A stretch of DNA of 64,000 nucleotides from Hydrurus foetidus. Lineage: Eukaryota. How positions within the stretch are numbered: the stretch's first letter is position 1; each line of letters begins with the position of its first letter. This document shows, piece after piece, positions 48,378 to 61,141 of this stretch. The notes under the pieces were generated by a model, which saw only the letters and a program-made list of their open reading frames with translations, made no database searches and was not told the origin of the DNA. The stretch covers positions 1-64,000 of the forward strand of contig UYFQ01000543.1 of assembly GCA_900617105.1 (NCBI GenBank), read 5' to 3'. Made by a program: the position numbers and the translations under genes.

Positions 48378-50366
48378 CAAATACATCCACCTCAAACACC
48401 ATCATCGCTGAACCCGCTTACGTCACTGATCGGTTTCATGTTTTTTCATCTTTATTTCTTTTCCTACTGCAGACGGTTCTGCACGAAGAAACTGGATTTC
48501 TATGTAAGCAGGATCCAACCGAGTTTGCCGGGGCCATGTTGAAGATTATGGCCGGTGAGTCATTCTGCATGAAATGATGGACTGTCTAGTGGGCAGGACT
48601 GACACAATGATTTCTACTACGATTCTTCTCGTACGCGTGTACTAAAATGTGGCGTCTTGCGATTTGAGACGATGTGCCGTGATGTGAATGATTTTTGTTT
48701 ACTATCATTTCACTTATATTACTCATTGTCTTATACAGACTCTATTTCTGAGGAAGAAAGACGTCGACTACTGTCCGTTCTAGAGGGGTTTAAAACGGTT
48801 CCGACCGTCCTGAAATCTGACCCGCTCTCCGACTCCTCATCCTTAAGCTTGTCACGACTGATGGGGGAGATCGGTAAAGTCCACGTGCAGGTAAATTCAC
48901 TCCTGTGCATGTAAATATTTCTATATGAACAATTTAAGATGGGCTAAATTTTATAGTATTGGGGAGAACAGGAAGAATGGTGATTCCAAACGTTTTGTTG
49001 TTTTCTTGTTACGGTTGATGCTGTTTTCTTGTAAGTGTGTCTCTTCTTCAGGCCTACTGAACTTGTGTCTCTAATCTTGATTTGTACTGTTTAACTTTGC
49101 TTTGCGTAACCTCGCATTGTATTCTATTATATTACCTTTTCTCTTCAATTTAGTTTTGTCTGGTTTTATCAATTAATTAATTTTTCCTTTGCCCTGTTGA
49201 TCCTTTCTTTGATTTAGAGTCCCCTCTATTCTACACTATACTACACAATATTATATTATACTATACTATACTATTCGATTCGATTCGATTCTATTTCTTC
49301 CTGTCATAGTATAATGTAGTGTAGTGTAGTCTAGTCTCGTCTAGTCTAGTCTCGTCTAGTCTAGTCTAGTCTCGTCTAGTCTCATCTAGTCTAGTCTAGT
49401 CTCGTCTAGTCTAGTCTAGTCTAGTCTCATCTAGTCTAGTCTCATCTAGTCTAGTCTCGTCTAGTCTAGTCTAGTCTCGTCTAGTCTCATCTAGTCTAGT
49501 CTCGTCTAGTCTAGTCTAGTCTCGTCTAGTCTCATCTAGTCTAGTCTAGTCTAGTCTAGTCTAGTCTCATCTAGTCTAGTCTAGTCTCATCTAGTCTAGT
49601 CTACTCTCGTCTAGTCTAGTCTAGTCTACTCTAGTCTAGTCTAGTCTCATCTAGTCTCATCTATTCTAGTCTACTCTAGTCTAGTCTAGTCTAGTCTCAT
49701 CTAGTCAAGTATAGTATAGTATAGTCTAGTCTAGTCTACTCTCGTCTAGTCTAGTCTAGTCTAGTCTCATCTAGTCAAGTATAGTATAGTATAGTATAGT
49801 ACAGTCTAGTCTCATCTAGTCAAGTATAGTATAGTATAGTATAGTACAGTCTAGTCTAGTCTAGTTTCGTCTAGTCTCGTCAAGTATAGTATAGTATAGT
49901 ATAGTATAGTATAGTATAGTATAGTATAGTATAGTATAGTATAGTATAGTCTAGTCTATATTCCTTATATCAATGCTTCTTTCTATTCCCTCTGTGAATG
50001 ATTTTTGAGTCCAGTGGAGCGTTAATTACGTTACTTCAGAACTCTTTTCATCACGTCGCATAAAGCACGAGTTATAATGCGCCTTGGAAAGCTTGACTGT
50101 TAATGAGATGCATGACTTCTTTTCTCTATTTACACCTTCGTTACTCATTCGTCTTCTTTTTTCTTTTTTTCACAACCTTTCAGATGAATTTCACATCATC
50201 GGGAATGATAGAGAAGCTTTCAGAGTGCATTGAAAATGCTGTCATCAATCAAAAGAGACCCCCGTCTCCTTACACTAAAGCACTTCAAGCTATTTTCCCT
50301 ATTATCTTGCTTAATATAATAATTTTCATCGCAATAGGTGTAGGCCTTTCAGTTCATTTCTTGTAA
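45830..50366 (+). CDS. ALG2: Alpha-1,3/1,6-mannosyltransferase ALG2, about 9 exons
   Basis: [71 protein letters not shown]...TGFLC and a C-terminal TM. Confidence 0.95.
48341..48376. repeat. (TATC)n microsatellite in an ALG2 intron
   Basis: Direct reading of the sequence. Confidence 0.9.
49230..49958. repeat. Compound pentanucleotide array (ACTAT, ATTCG, GTAGT, CTAGT/CTCGT/CTCAT, ATAGT) in the last ALG2 intron
   Basis: A strict 5-bp period runs over about 640 bp (49316-49955), with changing unit sequence. Confidence 0.95.
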
Positions 50367-50929
50367 TTGATTGATTGCATCTCATTCTCCTTAATTTTTA
50401 TCGCGGAGAAGGTCCAACACGATGATCCATCGTTGTGTTGCGATACACTGACATGTTATCTTCTGTATCTATTTGTTTGTATGTTTCAGCATCTAATACA
50501 ATAAGCAGATAGTCATTTCGTTTCTTAATAACAATAGTAAACTGTGCAATCATAGATTTCGAATGGTTTTTGCCTTGTGTTACCGTTATGGAGATAACTT
50601 TATCGACATTAGAATTAAGAATGAATCACCCTCACATCACAACTTTCACCACTGCACACGAGCGAGAATCAAGAATTAATAGGAATGCATCTTTAATACG
50701 AATGATTGGAGTCAGATGTAGAAATGACTTCCGAGGAATGTGCTGCATCTTAAAAGTGCTCCTGTTATTTAAGTTTTTCTCCACGTACCTTCTTCGGTCA
50801 TCCATATGGTCTGCAATAGGCGTGATAACGCTGCATCGAGTTCCGTCAGACCTAGAAAATGTAAAAGACTTTTATGATTCAGCTACAGTCTTGAATTATT
50901 GAGTAATCGATTCATCTCCATAGTTTCTA

Positions 50930-51825
50930 TGGTCGATGTTATTGGCACCCTAATAACAGGAAACTATAAGAAAGGAAGATAAAACTATTTTGAGAGAAAA
51001 AAATTATTTCAGATAATCTAGAACTTTAAAAGTAGAACAAGAACTATTAGAGAAGGTGCGACTATTTTCGACGAACTCGCCACTATTTCCAACAATGAAG
51101 ACTTTTTCGAAGAAAACACCACTTTAAACCTGTAACCACAACTTTAAAAGAGAAAAAAAACTTTTTCAAACGGAATCGAATTATAAAATGAAGGGAAGAC
51201 TTTAAAAGGAGGACATCTTAACGACTTCTAGGGTCATGGCCGACTCGGACAACCGGACGGATCACCACAGTCTCTAGCACAGCATTCAAGCGTTATCCTC
51301 TTCTGTTCCTTACTCAGACCTCTCTCGGGTGCTATTTCGAGATCGTTGTGCTGATGTTCAGAACCATTGCCAGCTTCAAGAATGCACAGCTCTTCATGCA
51401 GCTAGTTCATTAATCTCATTTCGACTTCGCGACCATCATGCGCACATATCAAGTGCGCTTCTAGGTAGACTTCTAGCCATGCATTAGGATGTTTCCTAGC
51501 GTTTGCCAGTTGTCATCCTACTGCACCTAACCCTAAGCAAGACTTTTTCCCTTCCTAGTCTAGACCCTTCTAGGCCACAATTTAATAAAGTCGCCGATTC
51601 ACCGGAATAGCCTTGATTCTCTCATTAAAGTCTTCGATTCGTCAGAATTAGTTTTGATTCTGCCTTCACAGTTTTTTATTTGAATTAGTGTGATATGTTT
51701 TATAAAGTCACCGATTCACTGAAATAGTCTTGATTCTCACATTAAAGGCTTCGATTCGTCGGAAAAAGTTTTGATTCTCTTTTTATAGTTGTCCTTTATA
51801 TTTGAGTCGATGTTATTTGCCACTC
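50930..51825. repeat. Degenerate foldback-like repeat region with a 118-bp-period direct repeat
   Basis: Near-identical ~75-bp units at about 51586 and 51703. The left arm has periodic ACT(A/T)TT motifs and the right arm their complements. GTCGATGTTATT occurs at both ends (50932, 51806). Confidence 0.45.
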
Positions 51826-52166
51826 GATGTCCCATCGAAAAAGATGTAAGATGAGAAAATTAGATGCATCATGTTTAAACAACTGCTGTGCTGAAGGCTG
51901 AAGGCTAATACATGAATGCTTGAGCAACTGAGAGCACTTACAACCTCTGCAAAACGAAAAGTTGCTGACGATGATTTCATCAAAACTTTGGATTGTGATG
52001 TAAGTGACTGATTCAGTCAGTATGCCTTGAATGTTCTTTTAAGTTACCCCAGCGACTCATGACATTTGTGCATTATTGCCCTGAACTTCCAGCAGACATA
52101 CGGAATCTGACGGGTGCCGGCGTCGGGGCAGAATTCAATCCTGAACTACAGTAGGTTTAATCTGTG

Positions 52167-55100
52167 ATGGTATCCTCTTCCAGCCCAGGACAGTCAGCGT
52201 CGAAGACGATGCTTTCTGGAGTAAATATCGATAACCTTCTGTTGCAAACGGAGTGCTTGCCGATTCTTATCGGTATACACAAATTTCGTCATCTAGCAGC
52301 TCTAAGTTCTGATGGAGATGCGACCCACATAGCGAGTTTTCTTGCAAAGAATCGAAAATGCACTGACATTGAAGTGTATTGGTCACAAGCAGTAAAGTAT
52401 TTGTCCACTGCAAAGCAGACTCCCTGTAAAACAAGTTCAACTTTCGAGTGTGCAAGAGCTATTGATCATTTCTGGATGGTGCTAAGCGAGCTTACATCAG
52501 GCATTTCTGTGGAGAAAGTTGAAGCCTCGAACATCTTCAATCAGCGGGTCTACTTGAGAGTTCTGAGCAGTATCATTCCTATCGTAGTGAGCTGCTTTCC
52601 TGTGACAGAGCTGATGCTATTGATGAAGCCCTTGGTGGCATCTCACCTAGCAGCTGAGCATTTGAGTAATTTGGCCTACAATTTGCCATCTATCGGTGGA
52701 CATATTGCAGAAGTTCTTCTGAATTATATGAGAGATTCTTTGGAACCTGCAATCTTATGGCGCTGCTCTAGGATACTGCTGAGAATAGCTTCATGCGATG
52801 TACAGCTTGCAAGAAGCGTGCGCTCTTCGTTGGTTGCATCTAGCGAGTACCCGCTCCTTTGTCTTGAACTGACGATGCGGTATATAAAAGACACGGAGAA
52901 ATTTGTAGATGATGAGCTATGCAGCAGAATAACATCATTCAAGACTGACACCAACTGGCTTCTGACGGGACTGCGTGACTCAGACCTTCTCCAAATATCC
53001 TCACTAGCGTGTAACTCTCTGAAGTCACTACTGCAAGTGCAATTGATTCCTAAAGGGAGTGCAGTTATGAAGTTATGGCAGACAAATGTTACGCGTTGTG
53101 TCCGTATAAGCGCAACATGCAGCGCTGTGTGTGGCGGCAGCATCTGCAACACCTCAACCCCTGACTGCAGTTCCAGCAAATTAGAGTCGACCAGACTTGT
53201 CATTGAAGCCCTTGTAGATGCTGCGGAACGTTCTCTAGATCAATTGTCAGAACAGTCCACAGATGTTCTGAATGAAAAAGAAGCTTTCATAGAAATATCT
53301 CTGCGTCTTGCCATTGTTCTTCTCACATCGAGTTACACGGTACTCGCCACTATTCGCAGAAGAATGCGTGGTGACACATCGACATCTTCTTCTACGCTGA
53401 CATCATGGGAGAAAGGAGCTCTACAAGTCCATCAGTCGTCTCTCGCCACACTACTCCTATCTTCCCTCACACTGCAAGAACGACTGATATCCTATGAGGA
53501 AAGAAGAATCAATGGGTCAGCTGTGGAGGCTGCTAGATGCTTCAACTTGACCTTTAGACTGGCGGTTTCCCATAAATCAAATAATGCACTGCGCGCCCTG
53601 TGCGTCTCTGAATTGAGGCTGACTCGATTCACCGACTTTATGTCAGACAGCGTGGATGACATCTCAAGGGTGATTAATGAGTTAGCAGCGGTTACATATA
53701 CGTCATCTACGATAGATATGTCGGACTGTTATGCTGTGTGCCGTGAGGTGAGTTACTGTATATCCGACATAGATAGTTGCGTATTTACCAACTGATCTAC
53801 TCCAGTAACATTTATTATTTTACAACTGTTTTGTTCCTCCGTAGATGCATTTTAAACTTCCACTCTCAAAATTTGCCATTCAACTCATTTAAATGTCTTA
53901 TTTATCAATACCGCACCAAACAGTTTGAAGCCCTGCATGAGCCGTATAGAATCAGCGGATTGGAAGAGAGGGCGGGAGATTGGATAAGCTGTCTGTCCCT
54001 CATGCTCGCTCTAGATCTCATGACGCACTACAAGCCCATTGAAGATGAAATAGAAGCGGTGCGAGACGTACGGGTAATGGATCCTGCACCCCCTATATCC
54101 GACAATATTGGCAGCACACACACACTCATGGTGCGCGTGTTGAGCAGAGCGCATTGGCCGCCTCACACTCGTTTACAGGGCTGTGTGGATAGATGGCTTT
54201 CAAGATGCATTGGTGTTAGTGTGGGTGTTAGAATGACTCCCACAGCGTCACGTACGGTCAATACAGACAGAGACATTGTGTGTCTTGGCCTGCCTCTACT
54301 GCAGAATGAGGCGATAAATCTCAACAAGGATTTGTTCCACCATGCACTACAATGTACGAATGTCAATACTGCTCGGATATGTAACGACAGAAAAGGCAGA
54401 GTAATAGATGAGAAGAATTCATCGCAACTTGAAGTCCAGGGTACAGCAGTTATGAGTGACACATGTGTCACATTTATAAGGAATTGTGGATACGAAAAGA
54501 ACACTGATAGTTCTGATGATGCAGGCGATGAATATGAGAGTTCTCATATGATGACAGTAGGGAATACAAATACCTTCATTGAACGTTCCACTGATGACCA
54601 GAATGTCACATCTCTGAAAGGGAGTAGTGGTGATTGGTGTGGTGTCATGGCCTGCTACAGTGCACTGCACTATGCATGCGTGAGCATGACCATTGACGAG
54701 TCGGTGGGTAGAGAAGGACTGTCGTGTGGGGTGATGTACAACGGTCCGTACGTGTGCGATCTAAGATCTCTGCCCATCAAGAGATCTATACAATATTTAC
54801 TACTACAATATCACGATATGTCCAGAGGTGTTGATAACACTGGAGCAGCTGATGTTCTATACGGTATTTTGAGCAGAACCGTGGATATGGTGTCAGAGGT
54901 TTGTCCTGAGGTAACAATGTCGGACAGAGTGCGTTGTTTCGACTACAATTATTTAGACGCTATGCGGACAGCACCACAGCGCGCTGCGAGGGAGACCGAA
55001 GTTATGATGGATACATTGCTATCTTTATTGAGGGTTAAGAAGGAAGGTGTCAGTGGTGGTGTTCTGTCGGCACCGCACTATAGAATGGCATGTGAGTTGA

Positions 55101-56674
55101 TTTCATCACCGACATTCTCTAACTGTATCGGAACAAGTCTAGCACCATCATCACCACTCGGAAGAATAGTGCATCAGCTGGTCCATCAATCAACAGCAGG
55201 TAACATAGAAGCAAAGAACGAATCACATCGGAGTGATGGTGTCGGTCCTTGGCTAGTGTGGCGTGCTCTGCATGACGTGTGTTCGTGCCCCCAGGGGTTC
55301 GAACTGCTTACCCTCAACACTCTACTGGACTGCAGGCAGTGCGTCTCATCCCATAGAGTACTCACATCGTACGAACAGCTCGTACAGGAGCCGTTACAAC
55401 TCCTGCGTTTTCCTCTCTCCTTCCTCAGTGACCCTTTCGTACTGCAACTTCTTACCTTCATCATGACAGCCGCACTAGCAGCTTCGAAACGATCCGTACG
55501 TACTGCACTGGCGATAAAGCACAGAGCTGCCACAGATGCATTGAACGCTGCTGTGAAATATCGGTCTACCTACGAAGCGTCCCTGTATCTCCATCAAGAA
55601 ACTTTCTTAGACCTCCAGGACGTCATGGCAGCTAGAATGACTTTTGGCGCGTGGGAGGAAATGAGTGGTGACGTGGCATGCAGCCACACAGCGCAGCTTC
55701 GAAATATTTTAAACGATTTCTTACACGGTTTGGTTGATACCAATCCTCGTCTGTGTGGGCAACTGCTCTGTCACCAGCTGACTCCTCTAAGCTTTGAGCT
55801 ACTAATGTCTTGTGACGTGTCAGTGGTTGTTTCCCTCATGACTGCACACACCCAGTGTATACAGGTTATAACGGAAGCGTTGAACATCCTCCCGCCAATT
55901 ACGGCTATTGCGTTAGACCCGACCAACACTTCTTCTTCTTATATATTCAATGCTTCTGCGAATGGTGCCGCATCACTATCCTCTTCAGCAGAGATATCGC
56001 CTAAAGAAGTGGAGAGACTATTGCTCCACTCTATGTGTCTCTTGTGTATACCGTGTAGGAACAGCGAAGAAAATGTAGAAGACGGGAAAATTATCAGTGA
56101 CATCATGCAAATTCTGGCTGAAGCAATACCAAGTTTTTTATTGAGTGCAACCAATAGTCTGAATGCGCATCTACGGAGAGAGGACACCAAGTTGATTGAA
56201 ATGCACAGTGCCCGTATAGTTCATGAGATCTTGGGTCGACATTCCACATATGCAAAACGTTTACTTGGTGTGGCATTAAATGGTGAGAAGATAATTACGG
56301 GTAATACTTCTGCTATACATATGGTGGCTAAGAGTTGGGGTGCGAGGGGTAATCAGAAGGTTGAAGATGATATTGCCATGAAGGCGAGACCAGCTGTCAA
56401 GGCTCTGAAGAAGATCATTGAAGAATGTTCCTCATTGCTCTCTAGAACACTGAACAATGCTACTTCAACTTCAAGTGCATCAGAGCAGAGACATGTACAG
56501 TCATACACGTATTCCCACCCCACCACTACCACCACCAACACTAGCACCCACACTAACACGTACGTACCGGTGGGTGCTGTCCGTCCCCCACCACCTCTCA
56601 AGTCCTTTAGGGAGCATAATGCAGATTTGATGGATGGCACAGCTGTGAGGAAAAAGATAAGAACAGATATGTAG
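52167..56674 (+). CDS. INTS2: Integrator complex subunit 2-like; exons 52167-53747, 53924-56674
   Basis: N-terminal FE...MVLSEL and SNIFNQRVYL...P resemble INTS2. C-terminal LVQEPLQLLR...AALAASK, LQD..AA and FLHGLVDTNP.L match the INTS2 DPLIVLR/LLASK/QDSAA/LHQMYIADP series. The intron is phase 0. Confidence 0.75.
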
Positions 56675-57106
56675 CAGTGAGAGGTGTGAAGATACTTGAC
56701 TGCTGTCACTGATGCACTCGTTTTGTTGGCAATGTGATGTCGCTGTTTGCTGCTCCCGATCCCAATGTGCAAAATGCTCTGAAATGCTCGTAGATCTGTG
56801 TATGGCAGAAATGAAAATGTCGTCACAATTTCACTAGAGACATTTTGTGATGGCAGGAAGATGGTAGGGTTCCTGGACCTATCAATTCCATGCACTGTCC
56901 CTGTGTGCTTGATAGATGATAGAGATGTCCTTCACCTCACTGTATCGTAGCAGCCAAGTCATCTCAAGCACCGATTGCAATTGTTCTTAGAATAAATTTA
57001 AGCAATAAGTCTTTTTACAGTAATCTACAGACAGCTCTAAGGAGGTTAGGCATACGATCATACAGCCCTTTTAACAGTGTCATATTTTTCAAGTAGTAAT
57101 GCTGGG

Positions 57107-58561
57107 CTATTTTGAACTTGTCACTACAAACGTGCCCGATGCAGCTCTGTGCAGTCTCTCCCACAATGCACGCACCAGCTCGCTGCGCTCAGCCAGTTCC
57201 CTCAAATCAGGCAGCAGAACAATTCGCACCCCCTCCCCTAATCCTGTAGATTGAACCGGAACGGATAGGGCAGGATCTTCCGCTTTCCTCAGCACCTCAA
57301 ATATCCTATTGCAGGCCTCTTCAGGCTTGCCTTCGGCAGACAAATCGCAGTAAACGCTGCACACCTTCTCAAGGTCTTTCAGCTGTCCACCGAAATCTAT
57401 CACAAATGCCTTCCGTATACTCATGTCCGTCACAGCTGTTGGAGTACAGAAGACTGGAGAATGGGCAGTAGCACTCGTCACATCGTCTTCAACCACACAC
57501 AAAACATCATCCAATCTATTCATCAAAGCGCCACTATTTGCTCTTATAATGTAGGTAGGGATATCAGGAGCGTAGTGTTTTATCATTTGCCCCGGCGCAA
57601 CAGCTGCAGTCTGATCATCTGAACTCTCTAATTCCTTGGCACGACTGTCACTGCTCATCGCAACAGGCGTCTTCTTTATAAGCGCTTTTTCATTCTCAAC
57701 CACTACAGACACATCAGCCAAATCCTTCAGTTCACATCCTGCTAGAGCAGCGATGATATCTTCCGATGTGACTGCTCCACAGCGCAGAATGGAGATGACG
57801 TCACCGGATCCAGACACCTTGCACACAGTGGACTCAATGCCAATAGTGCAACCTCCAGAAAGCGATACATCATCTTTCAGAATAGTCACTTTCTCTAGCC
57901 CTAAGTCTTGCATAACATGGTCAGCTGATGTCGGTGAGACGTGTCCGAAGCGGTTCGCGCTTGGTGCAGCTATCGGTAGACCTGCTGCCGCGAGAAGCTG
58001 TCTCGCAATCGGATGTTTAGGCGATCGAAGACCTACAAAACCGGTCCCTGCAGTCACCGACATTGGAACATTCGCTTTTGCCTTAAATATAATTGTAAGC
58101 GGTCCAGGCCAAAATGAAGCTGCTAGGTGCTCACAAACAAGTCGAGCTTTTGATGTTTCTGCTTTTGTTCCGTCGAAGTCGAACAGATCATAGATATCTT
58201 CCTTCCCTAGAATATGAACAATCAAAGGGTCTGTTGATGGCCTCTTTTTGGCAGCAAAAATTGATTTCACGCTACTATCATTTAACGCGTTCGCTCCGAG
58301 GCCATAGACTGTTTCTGTTGGAAAAGCTACAAGACCACCAGCTTTTAATGTTGCACCACATGAACGTATACCCTCTCCATCACACTCCGATAGGATTGCA
58401 AGAGTAGGAGTAAAACTTGAAGTTGTTTCGGACATTTTACAGGCAATCCTGCCGCGAGTTGACAAGTGTCTACTATTGAAGACAGGAGTGCTTTGTTTAA
58501 TGATTGTCTGCAGAAGAAGCATCAAAAATGTTAGTTGCAAGTGAGACCATTCTCTACGCAT
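57107..58561 (-). CDS. SUA5: Threonylcarbamoyl-AMP synthase Sua5 (YrdC + Sua5 C-domain) with N-terminal extension
   Basis: VAFPTETVYGLGA, K.RP..DPLIVH, FWPGPLT, AAPSANRFG..SPT, GIESTV and APGQM.KHYAP. Confidence 0.95.
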   Translation of the reverse strand: MRREWSHLQLTFLMLLLQTIIKQSTPVFNSRHLSTRGRIACKMSETTSSFTPTLAILSECDGEGIRSCGATLKAGGLVAFPTETVYGLGANALNDSSVKSIFAAKKRPSTDPLIVHILGKEDIYDLFDFDGTKAETSKARLVCEHLAASFWPGPLTIIFKAKANVPMSVTAGTGFVGLRSPKHPIARQLLAAAGLPIAAPSANRFGHVSPTSADHVMQDLGLEKVTILKDDVSLSGGCTIGIESTVCKVSGSGDVISILRCGAVTSEDIIAALAGCELKDLADVSVVVENEKALIKKTPVAMSSDSRAKELESSDDQTAAVAPGQMIKHYAPDIPTYIIRANSGALMNRLDDVLCVVEDDVTSATAHSPVFCTPTAVTDMSIRKAFVIDFGGQLKDLEKVCSVYCDLSAEGKPEEACNRIFEVLRKAEDPALSVPVQSTGLGEGVRIVLLPDLRELAERSELVRALWERLHRAASGTFVVTSSK

Positions 58562-58860
58562 ATTAGTGGCGATTCCTATAGACAACCATCATGGACTACT
58601 TCCACATTTACTTGGAGAATAGTGACAATTGTTGGCGCAGATTGTCTGCCAGTAACTTCTTCCGCCAACATTTGATTTGTTCCACACCAGTGATTACCGG
58701 ATAAAAAAGTGGATAAAGAGATTCCAACGATGAGGGATGGGATCAAGGGATCGATCATCAGGTCCGATGATGGAACATGTCACACAACTGCATATCGGCC
58801 AGTAACATCTAGTCTGCAATCTGCAATAGAAGTTGGCACAGGGTGCGTTACTCGCTCAAG

Positions 58861-61090
58861 ATGGTGAGGGCGTTATGCCTTCTTCCTTTTCTGATGTTTG
58901 TCGCTTTCAACGGAGGATCAGCTTTGATAACGAGTCCAAGGAGAATAACGACGCGAAAGATGAGGCCACTCAAAAATCAGAGTTTCCGAATCGGTTGTGA
59001 AAGATCGACGATTATTCGTGGGAGTGGTATCGCTGCAGGCAACAATCTGTACGGTGCCGAGATTAACTTCGACGATACCGATGATCCTGAGCTACAGCTT
59101 CGAAAGGATGCATTAGAGCTCCTGGATTGTATCACTTCACCTAAAGATATAGATGATCCTGGATATGATGTCGTGAAAGATATGCGACGCGATGAAGTTC
59201 TGCTGAATAATGATCACTCTGCTCTGAAAATCGAATTGAGGTCTCGGGGTCTCAGACAAAATGGTGACAAAATGGAGATGATCGCAAGACTTCTGTTACA
59301 CATTATCGATCCTACCATCAACTACAGCCAAATGTAAGTGATAGTTACTCCTCCCCCATTGATATTTTGCGATGCATTGTTTCAAAATTCAACGATCTCT
59401 CCAACGTAAGGACGGGACGAGAAGTGAACTTGAAGTACATCGATGCAGCTGATCTTGCCACGAACAAGATAAGACTAGTGCCCAAAGAAGAAAGAGAAAC
59501 CGATCCTGGAGCAGGCACTGGTCCGGATGCAGAGGATTTGATGGTGTTGAAACGGAAGATGGTGCTGTCTTCTCCTAAGAATGCTGTGGGGGGACGTGCG
59601 TCTAGAAGTCGAGGTCAAAAGGTGAGTCAGCGGCTGGAGAACATTTACAAAAAACTCTTCTCTTCTCATTCTAAGCACGAGTGCAACAACAGACAACTAC
59701 GTGCATCGATTTGATTTGTCTGCTTTTCTGAGGACATCAGACTCATTACTGTCATCAAACGCTACTTCTGCTCCACGAATCTGACTAGGTTGTCATCCAA
59801 GGAGACGACACTTTTGCTTTCGAACATTTCGGAGACAAAGAACATCAAGCAGAATTGCCAGAATCGCGCAGTGTGGACAGACAAAAAACGGTATGTAATA
59901 TGCAGAGTATCGTTTAGTGCCTCATTCCAGTAGCTATGTATGCTTTTGGAGTACTGTCATATTTGATTTACAGTGCTTACATAGCGCGAACATGACGATC
60001 AGTGTACAAGACAAAGCAATATGAAATACCACCTAACATTCTCATTACACTTCTGATCCTTTCTCTTCAGGTCATGGATGGTTTGACTCGAAGAGAATTA
60101 GAGTTTGTTCCCCTTAGGATAAAAAGAACAATTCAACAAGCGACAAAGGATGGTGACGAGTCAGTGAGGGCATATGTAGTTGGTGGCAGAAACGTGCTCA
60201 AATCGTGGGTGAGGGAGTGATGTTGTTATTGAGCTACTCATCTGGTTGATATGGTTGATATGATTTGATAGCTGCCTGTTTTTGTATTTCGTATGACAGG
60301 AATGTCACGTCACGTCACGTCACTCAAACGTCATTTTTCACAGCAATTAAATGACTCTCTGCAATGTGTTTGCCTCCTGCTGCCTCTTAGCAACACTGAT
60401 CCTGCATGGCTGGTGAAGCGATATTGTATCTGTCATGATAGACTACAGCAACAGCTGCACCTGTATTACAAATCATCACACCACACGGCTGTTCGTACAC
60501 TGCAACACACATGAATTTGAAATCATCCAACACAACACATTATCTCAGCCCATATGATTTGATTCCTAAATAGTTAACTAACATATTCTTGAAGTCGAAA
60601 CTGAAGACCAACAATTCGCGAATCACTTGAATCATAAGTTCTGCAACTTATTCTCATCCAGCTTATTTCATTTTATCTCGACACGTTAGGAGCGTAATTC
60701 TGCTGTTGTGGTGTTGCTGCCTGACGAAGCGGGGTGGAGGAGCAAAGACGTGAGAGTGTTCGCAGACGAAATTTCCTTCTTCAACCAGGTGAAATAATTG
60801 TCATCACGATTATTTACTGTAATTGTCATCATCATACTAGTCTGTTAGTACGTACATTGCACATATCACTGGATCCGAATTATCTAGTATGGTATTTGTC
60901 TCTTTTATTTGTTTATTTATTTGAGAGATGCACATACTCACAGATACCGGTTACCACTCCTCACAACTAGTTCGTTTCTTCTGATAACGTATTTATTCAT
61001 CACATCATTTAGGCTATCGTAGTTGTTCCGGATATTTACAGAGGTAGACCCTGGACCCTAGGATCCGCAGCCAAACGCGACCAGGTACGA

Positions 61091-61141
<51 letters not shown>

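Noticed and set aside
49316..49955. CRISPR-like or telomeric array
   Set aside because: There are no unique spacers, the period is 5 bp, it is not a TTAGGG-type unit, and it lies in an ALG2 intron.
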